A DNA stretch of 64,000 nt, taken from contig NZ_CAADXO010000012.1 in NCBI RefSeq assembly GCF_900753045.1, positions 36,588 to 100,587 on the forward strand. The letters are read 5' to 3'. The notes beneath the pieces were generated by a model. That model saw only the letters and a program-made list of their open reading frames with translations. It was not told where the DNA came from and made no database searches. Source of the stretch: an uncultured Phascolarctobacterium sp. (GTDB taxonomy: Bacteria > Bacillota > Negativicutes > Acidaminococcales > Acidaminococcaceae). Position numbers and translations under genes: made by a program. The stretch's first letter is position 1, and the number at the start of each line of letters is the position of its first letter. Below, in pieces: positions 36,323-45,347 of this stretch.

Positions 36323-36591
36323 CTAAAAACTGAACAGAGGTACGGACAAAACTGTACCTCTAATTTTTTGCACCCTTTTTTCGCCCCTCAACCGAACGGA
36401 ACGAAATGATGTTCGTAGTTACTGAAGCTCACCTGAGCGGAACGAAACGTGTTGTCTTGTGCGACGCACGGAGCGAAACGAAACGAGGATGCAGGGGCAA
36501 CCCAAGCTGCCAAGGCAAGCAATGGTACTTTTGGGCAAGCAAGGCAAGCCAAAGGGTACACGTATTAGAAGAAAGCAAGCAAGTTTTCTAC

Positions 36592-36616
36592 AATGGGTCA
36601 CCTTTAATGAAGAAAG
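36592..36616 (+). promoter_or_regulatory. Candidate phage-RNAP promoter, copy 1, upstream of the RNAP gene
   Basis: AATGGGTCACCTTTAATGAAGAAAG. The core GGGTCACCTTTAG resembles the -12 to -1 region of SP6/T7-type promoters (SP6: GGTGACACTATAG). Confidence 0.45.
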
Positions 36617-36643
36617 ACCCATCAACACAAGGAGGTATTTACA

Positions 36644-39229
36644 ATGACACAAGTAGATGTGGACATGATGGAAGAAGAATTGAAGTTGGAATCTGCCTAC
36701 AGATTAGCAGGGTATGAAACGATGCAACGCAACCTGCAACAAGCCAAAGAAAATAGCATGGTAGATACAGCTACCCCTATTGGACAAGCATTTTTCACCC
36801 ACAAGCTGTTGGCTGTAAAAGACACAATCGAACAATGGCTTATCAAGAACATGAAACCCAAAGCAGGTGTAAAGCCTAACTATACTTTTCTTTTGGAAGA
36901 CCTGAAAAGAGAGTTCCGCACAGAGGATGATGAGGTTGATATTGACACCATATCTTCTATCTGTGCTAGTGTTACCTTATCCGCTATCTTAAATGCCTTA
37001 ACTCTCAAAGGTGAAAAAGGCAACTATCTGAATGATGTAGCTGCTAAAGCTGGGCGTGGCTTGTACTATGAGTATCAGATGAAAGCCTTTGAAAATTGGC
37101 TGAAGACACAAGACACCAATAAAGGAGCATTGGCAGGTATAGAAAAAAGAGTTGGTCTCCATTATCGTTATGTCTATCTGAAACAGGCTATGTCCAAATG
37201 TGGCTACGCTGCCCCAAATTGGGATAGTCAGAACACAGCTATCCGTACATTAGGTACTGCTTTTGTTGTCTTAGCACAGGAGGAGACAAACTACTTCACC
37301 TTAGAAGCTACTATGGATACCCCTTCTGAGCTTATCCCCACAGAGCAATTTACAGAAGCGTGGCAACGCAATGAAGACAATATGCTGGAACATGCAAGAC
37401 AAAGCTGCCCTATGATTATCCCTCCTAAAGATTGGACAAGCTATGAGGATGGTGGTTATTATGGTGACCTTGCATCCTTCACCTCTCTCCTGCGTTTAAA
37501 GTACCTTGATACTATTTTTGGTAAACAGTACAAACGTAGACTTATGCAACTTGACATTCCACAGGTTTATAAGGCTGTCAATAGTATTCAGGCAACACCA
37601 TGGGTAATCAATAAGCAGGTATTAGAGGTGCTGAAGCAATGTAGACAAAACAACTATATCCCCTGCTCTAGTGAGAATGGAAATGTGCTGTCTTTAGAAA
37701 ATGATGATGCTCCCAAACAACCAGCATCCACAGCCACGGATGAGGAAATAAAGGCATATAAGAAAAAGGCTGTGGAATACTACAAGGGATTGAAACGTCG
37801 TATGTCTTTGCAGAATCGTGCAAATACTATTATAAATACAGCAGAACGCTTCAGCTCCTATGCACACATCTACTTTCCGTGGAACATGGACTTCAGAGGT
37901 CGCATTTACCCTATCCCCTCTTTCAGTCCTCAAAGTGATGATTTAAACAAAGGCTTATTACTTTTTGCAGACACACCACCTTGCCAACATGAAGAAGACA
38001 TCAAGTGGCTTGCCATTACCGGAGCGAACCTTGCAGGTGTAGATAAAGTAAGCTACGATGATAGAATTGCATGGGTATATCAGCATGAAGAAGATATATT
38101 AGCATCTGCTGCTGACCCTATGGGACATCAATGGTGGCTGCAACAGGATGAGCCTGTACAGATGCTGGCGTTCTGCTTTGAGTGGGCAAAGGCTAAGCAA
38201 TGGATAGTTGCACATGGCTCTATTGTTGGTTGGGTAACAGGTCTCCCCTATGCTCAGGATGGAACGTGCTCCGGTCTGCAACATTTCAGTGCTATTCTCA
38301 GAGACCCTATTGGTGGTAAAGCTGTAAACCTTGTACCCCAAGACAAACCAAATGACATCTATGCACAAGTAGCGGAAAAAGTCAATGAGTTTTTGAAAAA
38401 AGATGCAGTAAATGGCACTCTTGATGAATGGGATGAAAAGAAGCTGAGAATGAAGTTTGGCACAAAAACCCTTGCGCAAATATGGTTAAACTTTGGGGTA
38501 AACCGCAAGGTTACCAAAAGACCAACCATGACACTCGCCTATGGTGCTAAAAAGGCAGGATATACTGCTCAAATTATGGAAGACACCATAAAGAAGGCAA
38601 TGAGAGAGCAGGGAGAAGCGTGTGTCTTCACTCAATCTAATAATTTTCAGGCTGCACAGTATTTGGCTGGTCAGATATGGGATGCTGTGGGTCAAACAGT
38701 TGTAAAGGCTGTTGAGGGTATGGATTGGTTACATAAATGTGCTAAACTTGTCACAAAAAATTCAAATGTTGTATCTTGGGTTACCCCTCTAGGCTTACTG
38801 TTACAACAGAGCTATGTCAAGTTTGATATTGAAATTGTTAAGCTCAGATGTGCTGGAAAACGCTATCGTATCTATACTCCACATCAGAATGGACAGATAG
38901 ACAAAAGCAGACAAACAAATGGCATTGCCCCTAACTTCATTCATAGCATGGATGCATGTCACTTGCAACTTACAGTCTGCAAATGCAAAGATGCAGGAAT
39001 TAATCACTTTACGATGATTCACGATAGCTATGGTTGTCCTATGTCTCAGGTGGATATTATGTATAAGTTAGTAAGAGAAGCCTTTATAGAGCTTTATACA
39101 GAGCATGATGTTCTTGCTGAATTTAAAGAATCTCTACAATATTTAGTAACTAAAGAACTCCCTGCTCCACCTAAAAAGGGAGAATTAGACCTGAACATTA
39201 TAAGAGACAGTAAGTATATATTTTGCTAA
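36644..39229 (+). CDS. Single-subunit DNA-directed RNA polymerase (T7 gene 1 family)
   Basis: Motif A region DGTCSGLQHFSAILRD against T7 DGSCSGIQHFSAMLRD. Motif C MIHDSYG. LAFCFEWAKAK against T7 LAFCFEY. 861 aa against 883 aa in T7. Confidence 0.95.
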   Translation: MTQVDVDMMEEELKLESAYRLAGYETMQRNLQQAKENSMVDTATPIGQAFFTHKLLAVKDTIEQWLIKNMKPKAGVKPNYTFLLEDLKREFRTEDDEVDIDTISSICASVTLSAILNALTLKGEKGNYLNDVAAKAGRGLYYEYQMKAFENWLKTQDTNKGALAGIEKRVGLHYRYVYLKQAMSKCGYAAPNWDSQNTAIRTLGTAFVVLAQEETNYFTLEATMDTPSELIPTEQFTEAWQRNEDNMLEHARQSCPMIIPPKDWTSYEDGGYYGDLASFTSLLRLKYLDTIFGKQYKRRLMQLDIPQVYKAVNSIQATPWVINKQVLEVLKQCRQNNYIPCSSENGNVLSLENDDAPKQPASTATDEEIKAYKKKAVEYYKGLKRRMSLQNRANTIINTAERFSSYAHIYFPWNMDFRGRIYPIPSFSPQSDDLNKGLLLFADTPPCQHEEDIKWLAITGANLAGVDKVSYDDRIAWVYQHEEDILASAADPMGHQWWLQQDEPVQMLAFCFEWAKAKQWIVAHGSIVGWVTGLPYAQDGTCSGLQHFSAILRDPIGGKAVNLVPQDKPNDIYAQVAEKVNEFLKKDAVNGTLDEWDEKKLRMKFGTKTLAQIWLNFGVNRKVTKRPTMTLAYGAKKAGYTAQIMEDTIKKAMREQGEACVFTQSNNFQAAQYLAGQIWDAVGQTVVKAVEGMDWLHKCAKLVTKNSNVVSWVTPLGLLLQQSYVKFDIEIVKLRCAGKRYRIYTPHQNGQIDKSRQTNGIAPNFIHSMDACHLQLTVCKCKDAGINHFTMIHDSYGCPMSQVDIMYKLVREAFIELYTEHDVLAEFKESLQYLVTKELPAPPKKGELDLNIIRDSKYIFC

Positions 39230-39252
39230 TGGGTCACCTTTAGTGAAGAAAG
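39227..39252 (+). promoter_or_regulatory. Candidate phage-RNAP promoter, copy 2
   Basis: TAATGGGTCACCTTTAGTGAAGAAAG, immediately after the RNAP stop. Confidence 0.45.
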
Positions 39253-39412
39253 AAGACAATAGATAACTATAGATTCCTATAGACTCTATAGAGACCTTTA
39301 AGTACCTAAGGTTATGTTATTAATAACTAATAATAAACTACCTAAGGTAACTAAAGGTCTCTATTGTCTTTAAAGTCCCTTTAGTTTACTTTAGTTACCT
39401 AAAGAAAATGCT

Positions 39413-39439
39413 AATGGGTCACCTTTAGTGAAGAAAAGA
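39413..39439 (+). promoter_or_regulatory. Candidate phage-RNAP promoter, copy 3
   Basis: TAATGGGTCACCTTTAGTGAAGAAAAG, 186 bp downstream of copy 2. The segment between them is AT-rich and full of internal repeats. Confidence 0.45.
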
Positions 39440-39530
39440 CAACATGCTTTTAAACACTAAATCGCTGCCGTTTCTATTTTTCCTTTCAGTGTGTTGTCTT
39501 TTCCTTAATTCATTTAAGGAGGTATTGTCT

Positions 39531-39815
39531 ATGGTGAAACATGACCTCTGTCATGTTGAGTGCTTAGAACCTACAAAGCACTACGATGAGCATTATGCGT
39601 CCATGATAGGCTTAGAGCCTATTGAGCTGATGCAGCTTGTGTTGACCTATGATGAATTTATTGGCTTTCTCAAAGGCAACATCATCAAATACACCCTGCG
39701 AGCCGGAAAGAAGCAAGGTGAAGCTGCGGAAAAGGATGTAGCTAAGGCTAAACGCTATACTGAATGGCTCGTAAAACTTGGCTATAAGATGCCAATCAAT
39801 CCAAAGGAGGACTAA
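39531..39815 (+). CDS. Hypothetical phage protein, possibly DUF3310-like
   Basis: ...FIGFLKGNIIKYTLRAGKKQGEAAEKDVAKAKRYTEWL...; start MVKHD after AAGGAGG. Confidence 0.4.
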   Translation: MVKHDLCHVECLEPTKHYDEHYASMIGLEPIELMQLVLTYDEFIGFLKGNIIKYTLRAGKKQGEAAEKDVAKAKRYTEWLVKLGYKMPINPKED

Positions 39816-39819
39816 AAAT

Positions 39820-40317
39820 TTGGTAAACATTAAATTCAAAAAACTTGACCCTGAAGCCACTCTCCCCCAAGCAATGACAGGTGGAGCTGCTGGTCTTGAC
39901 TTGGTTTGTCTTAACCGCATGGCGGTGACACCGAACCGCTGGTCTTCAAAGGCAGCTATCATTCACACAGGCTTGGCTATGGAGCTGCCTGAAGGCTATT
40001 ATGCTGAGGTTGTCTTGCGCTCCTCTACAGGCAGAGACACAAAACTCAGACTTGCTAATCAGGTCGGTATTATTGATTCTGATTATCGTGGTGAAATCAT
40101 GTTGTATGTGGAGAATTTAGGTGACCATCTTGAAATTATTGATGCTGGTCAAAGAATTGCGCAACTGTTGATTCACAAGATTGAAGAAGTGGTGATTGAA
40201 GAAGTCACTGATGAGCTGTCTAAGACTGAAAGAGGTCTTGAAAGTGGCAGTACAGGCAAAGGTACTAAACCTGCTGTGAAGACAAGAAGAACCAAGGAGG
40301 GAGCTAAGGATGCCTAA
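39820..40317 (+). CDS. dut: dUTP diphosphatase
   Basis: dUTPase motifs AGLDL, RSSTG and GIIDSDYRGE. TTG start 9 nt after AGGAGG; the ORF-table start (39778) overlaps the previous gene. Confidence 0.85.
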   Translation: MVNIKFKKLDPEATLPQAMTGGAAGLDLVCLNRMAVTPNRWSSKAAIIHTGLAMELPEGYYAEVVLRSSTGRDTKLRLANQVGIIDSDYRGEIMLYVENLGDHLEIIDAGQRIAQLLIHKIEEVVIEEVTDELSKTERGLESGSTGKGTKPAVKTRRTKEGAKDA

Positions 40318-40726
40318 ATTTAAAGTTGGTGACAGAGTTATAGTACAACCATATAGCTATAGGGATGAGATTACAGGTACTATCATTAACGTCAGGGGGC
40401 AGTATTGTCTTTATGATGTGGCATTAGATAAGCCTTTTTTAGAAAGCATGAAAACCTATCTTGCTGCTCCGGGTGAGCTTGCTCCTGCTAAGGAGGATAA
40501 GGCTAAGATTGTCTTCTATGTAGACCCTAAAGAACGTGCTGTTCATTGTAAGTTTTTTGGTTCTATGGGTATGGTGGCTCATACCAAGGCTGTATGCAGC
40601 CCTGATGATGATTTTGATTTTCTGACAGGTGTTCAGATTGCCCTGCAACGTATGCTGAAGGCACAGCATAAAGAGCTGGTACTTCCAGCACTTGGTAATG
40701 TTAAATTTATTGATTTCAAAAAATAA
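40310..40726 (+). CDS. Hypothetical protein (138 aa)
   Basis: ATG overlaps the dut stop; RBS AGGAGGG. Confidence 0.45.
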   Translation: MPKFKVGDRVIVQPYSYRDEITGTIINVRGQYCLYDVALDKPFLESMKTYLAAPGELAPAKEDKAKIVFYVDPKERAVHCKFFGSMGMVAHTKAVCSPDDDFDFLTGVQIALQRMLKAQHKELVLPALGNVKFIDFKK

Positions 40727-40741
40727 AGGAGAATAACAAAC

Positions 40742-41341
40742 ATGGCAAAGAATGATTTTGCACAAATTACAACCCCTGCTGGTGAAGCGGTGTACCCTAA
40801 GCTCCGCAGCACCGAAGTATTTGATGGCGAGGATACCGGAAAGTATGTCTGCGGTATCAAATTGTCTAAAGCAGACACTGATAAGCTGATTCAACGTATT
40901 GAAAACGAATGGGAGATGGCTAAGAAGTCTCCCGACTTTGACGGCAAGCGTTATGGTCGCAACTCTGCACCTGCCCTTGGTTTCCATGAAGACAAAGATG
41001 GTGATATTGTCTTTAAGGCTAAGACCAATGCTGTTATCAAGACCAAAGCTGGTGAGGTTATCGAAAAGACTATGGCTGTCTTTGATAAGAAGGGTAAACC
41101 TATGGATGAAGAGATGGAAGTAGGCAATGGTTCTACCATCCGTCTGTGTATGCTTCTGCGCCCCTTCTATGCTTCTGCTACTGTCTATGGCATCCAACTG
41201 CTCCTGAAGGCTGTTCAGGTGCTGAACTATGTTGCTCCTGCTGCTGGTGCGGTATCTGCTGATGATTGTGGCTTTGATGTCGAAGAAGAATTTGACGAAG
41301 ACAATCCCCCGTTTGCAACCTCTGAGGGTGCAGACTTTTAA
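40742..41341 (+). CDS. ssDNA-binding protein, T7 gp2.5 family
   Basis: Architecture parallels T7 gp2.5: N-terminal AxPxxYPKL and a central ...GSTIRLCMLLRPF... region. The acidic C-terminal tail ends in Phe (...DEDNPPFATSEGADF), as in T7 gp2.5 (...DEDGDF). Confidence 0.65.
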   Translation: MAKNDFAQITTPAGEAVYPKLRSTEVFDGEDTGKYVCGIKLSKADTDKLIQRIENEWEMAKKSPDFDGKRYGRNSAPALGFHEDKDGDIVFKAKTNAVIKTKAGEVIEKTMAVFDKKGKPMDEEMEVGNGSTIRLCMLLRPFYASATVYGIQLLLKAVQVLNYVAPAAGAVSADDCGFDVEEEFDEDNPPFATSEGADF

Positions 41342-41347
41342 GAGCCT

Positions 41348-41815
41348 ATGGCTATTAAATTTAATCGTAGAGGTGGCTTTGCTACCCTCAACAAACCCTA
41401 TCGTAGCGGTTTAGAAGACCGCCTTGCACAGCAACTTGAAAACGCAGGTGTACCTAAGGTGTACGAAAAATACTCTATCGCCTATGAGATTCCTGCTACA
41501 AAGCATCATTATACCCCTGATTTCATTCTGCCTAATGGTATCATCATTGAAGCCAAGGGTATCTTTGAAGCTGCTGACCGCAAGAAACATCTGCTTATCA
41601 GACAACAATATCCGAATTTAGACATACGCTTTGTATTCTCCAACGCTAAGACAAGAATTGGCACAGGTGCAAAGACAACTGTGGCTGAATGGTGTGAGAA
41701 GCATGGTTTCCAATACGCCAGCCGTGAGATTCCCTCTCGCTGGTTCAAAGAGACCATGAAGGACACCAATGGTCTTGTCCTGCGTGGAAAAGGTGAGCGT
41801 ATTGTCACTCTTTAA
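41348..41815 (+). CDS. Endonuclease I (Holliday-junction resolvase), T7 gene 3 family
   Basis: YRSGLEDRLAQQLE and YTPDFILPNGIIIEAKGIFEAADRKKHLLIRQQYPNLDIRFVFS align closely with T7 endo I (FRSGLEDKVSKQLE; YTPDFLLPNGIFVETKGLWESDDRKKHLLIREQHPELDIRIVFS). Confidence 0.9.
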   Translation: MAIKFNRRGGFATLNKPYRSGLEDRLAQQLENAGVPKVYEKYSIAYEIPATKHHYTPDFILPNGIIIEAKGIFEAADRKKHLLIRQQYPNLDIRFVFSNAKTRIGTGAKTTVAEWCEKHGFQYASREIPSRWFKETMKDTNGLVLRGKGERIVTL

Positions 41816-42143
41816 ATTCAAAGAGCGCACTAAGACCACACAGATATGTGTTGTCTTACGAAACCTAAAGGGTAAGCGCAAAGGTGAGCTGTTTAGGGCA
41901 GCTTACAGACAAGGTGAAGTTGACACAGGCTTTCATTTTATTGTCTTCAACAATGGTCTTTTTGAGACCGACAGAGAAATAAAGGCAGTTGCCGGATATA
42001 ATCTGCCTGAATGTGAGACTTCTGTGTATGTCTTAGCTGATACGTTAGGACGAAAGAAAATATCCGATGCTCAGCAGTATGTACTGAATGAGCTGAAGGC
42101 ACACTATAATGTGCCTATAAAATTTATTACTGACGAGGTGTAA
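41802..42143 (+). CDS. T7-lysozyme (gene 3.5, amidase_2/PGRP fold) homologue lacking two of the three Zn ligands
   Basis: FKFKERTKTTQICVV against T7 VQFKQRESTDAIFVH, and GFHFIVFNNGLFETDREIKAVAGYNL against GYHFIIKRDGTVEAGRDEMAVGSHAKGYN. His17 is replaced by Val and Cys130 by Ile, with Tyr46 changed to Phe; His122 and Lys128 are retained. TTG start after GGTGAG. Confidence 0.65.
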   Translation: MSLFKFKERTKTTQICVVLRNLKGKRKGELFRAAYRQGEVDTGFHFIVFNNGLFETDREIKAVAGYNLPECETSVYVLADTLGRKKISDAQQYVLNELKAHYNVPIKFITDEV

Positions 42144-42146
42144 CTT

Positions 42147-43763
42147 ATGGAGACACATCAACCCTGCCCTGCTTGTGGCAGCCATGATGCCCTAACCATA
42201 TATGAAGATGGACACAGTTATTGTTTTTCATGCAACACCTACTTTCGCAGCGACAAGGAGGAGAAAAAATTGTCAAGTGGTTTAAAGAAACAAGGTCTGA
42301 TAGACCTACAGGACATGGTGGTCTCCCCCTTGCCTAAGCGAAAACTGACAAAACAAACCTGCGCCAAATACGGCTACTTTACCTCTAAGGTGCATGGTCA
42401 GCCTGTGCAGGTTGCTTGTTACTATGATGATGATAACAAACTCTTGGGGCAGAAAATCAGATATGCTGATAAGACCTTTGAAGCTAGAGGTTCTTTTAGT
42501 GAGCGATTCTTTGGGCAACATCTGTTCCAAGGTGGCGGTAAGAAGCTGGTAGTGACCGAGGGTGAGATTGATTGTCTTACTGTCTCGCAGGTACAGGGTA
42601 ACAAATATCCTGTTGTGAGTATTCCTACAGGTGCTGCTAGTGCTGCTAAGGTCTTCAGAGCTAACTTTAATTGGCTAGAGAGCTTTGAGGAAGTCATTGT
42701 TATGTTTGATATGGATGATGCTGGACGTAAAGCAGTTAAGGCTGTTAGTGGTATCCTGTCACCTAACAAACTTAAGATAGCATGGTTGCCTTGCAAAGAC
42801 CCTAATGAATGTTTGCAGGAAGGCAAGGCTGATGCTGTTGTTAAAGCTGTTTGGGAAGCTAAGACATACACCCCTGCTGACATCATCAAAGGTGATGAGC
42901 TGTGGGAGGTATTGTCTAAGCATGAAGAATCCCTGAACTACCCCCTGCCTTGGGACATCCCACTGCAAAACATGACTGATGGGTTACGAAAAGGTGAGCT
43001 GGTAGTTATCACAGCAGGCACAGGTATAGGCAAAACTACGTTCGTTAGACAACTAGCCTATCATCTTGGTACAGAGTGCTATTGTAAAGTAGGTATGCTG
43101 ATGTTGGAAGAAAATGTTAAGCACACCGCCAATGGTCTTGTGTGTCTTAAGCTTGGCAAACCTGCCCATAGACCTATCATTGACAGTGAGTACAAAAAAG
43201 CATTTGAAGACATCATGGATAATTTTGTCTTCTACAATCACTTCGGCTCGCTGGAATGTGAAGACCTCTTGCAGACCATCCGTTACATGGTGACAGGTGA
43301 GCAGGTGGATTTTGTTGTCTTAGACCACATCTCCATTGCTATCAGCGGTCTTGACATTGAGAATGAGCGTAAGGCTACTGATGTACTTATGACGAAACTT
43401 CGTTCGCTTGTAGAAGAAACAGGTGTAGGAATGTTGGTTGTCTCTCACCTGCGCAGAACTGATGGCACTCCTGCTGAAGAAGGTGGAGCACTCTCCCTCT
43501 CACATCTGCGTGGTTCGCAAGCAATCTCACAGCTCTCTGATGCTGTGTGGGGTCTTGAAAGAAACCAGCAGGATGAGGGAATGAAGAAGAATCTTGTACG
43601 TGTGAGGGTGCTGAAGAACAGATATAGTGGTGATACAGGTATCGCCGGATACCTTGCATATGACAAGGAACATAATATCTTAAAAGCTGTAAAGGACTTA
43701 TCAGAGTATGAAGCACCTGCATGTCCTTTTGATACTGATGAAACAGAGAAAGGAGATTTTTAG
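42147..43763 (+). CDS. Bifunctional DNA primase/helicase, T7 gp4 family
   Basis: N-terminal Zn ribbon CPACGSHDALTIYEDGHSYCFSC. TOPRIM region LVVTEGEIDCLTV...YPVVSIPTGAASAAK...VMFDMDDAGRKA matches T7 gp4. Walker A GTGIGKTTF. The acidic C-terminus ends ...ETEKGDF. Confidence 0.9.
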   Translation: METHQPCPACGSHDALTIYEDGHSYCFSCNTYFRSDKEEKKLSSGLKKQGLIDLQDMVVSPLPKRKLTKQTCAKYGYFTSKVHGQPVQVACYYDDDNKLLGQKIRYADKTFEARGSFSERFFGQHLFQGGGKKLVVTEGEIDCLTVSQVQGNKYPVVSIPTGAASAAKVFRANFNWLESFEEVIVMFDMDDAGRKAVKAVSGILSPNKLKIAWLPCKDPNECLQEGKADAVVKAVWEAKTYTPADIIKGDELWEVLSKHEESLNYPLPWDIPLQNMTDGLRKGELVVITAGTGIGKTTFVRQLAYHLGTECYCKVGMLMLEENVKHTANGLVCLKLGKPAHRPIIDSEYKKAFEDIMDNFVFYNHFGSLECEDLLQTIRYMVTGEQVDFVVLDHISIAISGLDIENERKATDVLMTKLRSLVEETGVGMLVVSHLRRTDGTPAEEGGALSLSHLRGSQAISQLSDAVWGLERNQQDEGMKKNLVRVRVLKNRYSGDTGIAGYLAYDKEHNILKAVKDLSEYEAPACPFDTDETEKGDF

Positions 43764-43997
43764 ATGTTTGAAATCTTAGAAAAGCTTATTGATTGGTGTA
43801 CTTCCCTGCTGTCTTGGTTGTCTCGTAAGCAGGTAGAAGCTGCTAAGGCTCGCATTAAGAACTGCAATAGCATGATTCATAGTGCCAATAAAGCTAAGAT
43901 GGCATATTTGCAGAAGCATGAGAAGACAATCAATGCTCTTGAAAATGAGCGTGAGCGTATGGAATACTTCTTGTCACAAGATGCTGTGGAGCTGTAA
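43764..43997 (+). CDS. Hypothetical protein (77 aa)
   Basis: ATG overlaps the gp4-like stop (TAGATG). Confidence 0.45.
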   Translation: MFEILEKLIDWCTSLLSWLSRKQVEAAKARIKNCNSMIHSANKAKMAYLQKHEKTINALENERERMEYFLSQDAVEL

Positions 43998-44000
43998 GCT

Positions 44001-45347
44001 ATGCTCTACTTTGATATTGAAACCGATGGTCTGCTGGACAATGTTACTAAAGGGCATTGTCTAGTAATCATCGACGAACAGAACAACATCTCAGCTTACA
44101 GACCTGATGATTTTAAAAAAGGAGCTATGCGATTAATCGCTGCTCTGAGGGATGGAGAAAGCATCTGCGGGCATAACATCATCAATTATGACTGTGCTGT
44201 CTTAGCTAAGCTCTATCCCGAGTTTCGCATAAAGCGAGAATGGAGACCACAAGTTTTAGATACCCTTGTGCTGTCACGTCTTATCTGTGGCAACATAGAA
44301 GATACTGACCACGCTAGGGTACGTAATGGTACACTCCCTGCTAAATTGATTGGTAGACAATCACTAAAGGCATGGGGTTATCGCCTTGGGGAACTTAAAG
44401 GTACGTATGGTGAGCAAGAGGATGCATGGGATTCTTTCAGTGAGGAAATGCTCTCCTATTGTGTGCAGGATGTCACTGTTACCAAGAAGCTCTATACATA
44501 CCTCATGAAGATTGGTGCACCTGCTAAGGCTATAGAGCTGGAGCATCAAGCACAATGGCTGATGTCTAAGCAGGAGCGGAATGGTTTTGTCTTTGACTTA
44601 GAAAAGGCAGAAAAGCTGAGGGAAACCTTAGAATTGCGCTATGCTGTGTTGTCTTCTCAGCTTGTGGCTATTGTGCCACAGATACCTGATAAGGTCTTTA
44701 TACCAAAAAGAGATAACAAACGCTTAGGGTATAAAGCAGGTGTACCTATTCAAAGATATAAGGACTTCAATCCTAGTAGCAGACAGCAGGTAGCATGGGT
44801 GCTGGAGCATCAATTCAACTACTTGCCGGAAAACGAAGACTGCTATGAGGATGAACGCCTGAAGATTGATGGTGATACCTTTAAGTTTATTAAGGGTGAT
44901 GAAAATGCCCCACAAGAACTAAGAGACTTAGCTGCTGTCTTTGAGGAGTATCTTATGGTGGCTAAGCGGTTAGGTCAGCTTGCCACAGGTAACCAAGCAT
45001 GGCTGAAGCATGTTAAGGCTGATGGTAGAATCCATGGTAGCGTAAATCCTTGTGGTACAGTAACAGGACGTGCTACCCATGCGAACCCTAATGTTGCCCA
45101 AGTCCCCCACGTTGGTAGTCCTTATGGTCAAGAGTGCAGGGAATTGTTTAGAGCACCTGAGGGTTGGTTTGAGGTAGGTGTAGATGCCTGTGGCTTGGAG
45201 CTTAGGTGTCTTGCACACTATCTTTATCCCTATGATAAAGGTGCTTATGCCCATGTTATCTTGAATGGTGATATTCATACATTGAATCAACAGGCTGCTG
45301 GGTTACCTACTAGAAACGCAGCTAAGACATTTATATATGCGTTCCTT
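44001..45347 (+). CDS. DNA polymerase (T7 gp5 family), exon 1: 3'-5' exonuclease and N-terminal polymerase part
   Basis: MLYFDIETDGLL (ExoI), HNIINYDCAVL (ExoII), and ...GRIHGSVNPCGTVTGRATH...LELRCLAHY...TFIYAFL against T7 TFIYGFL. The reading frame stops 5 codons after the T7-equivalent position, where the intron begins. Confidence 0.85.

Noticed and set aside
39778-39819. dUTPase start at the ORF-table position 39778
   Set aside because: That start overlaps the previous gene by 38 nt and has no RBS. The TTG at 39820 sits 9 nt after AGGAGG and still includes all dUTPase motifs.
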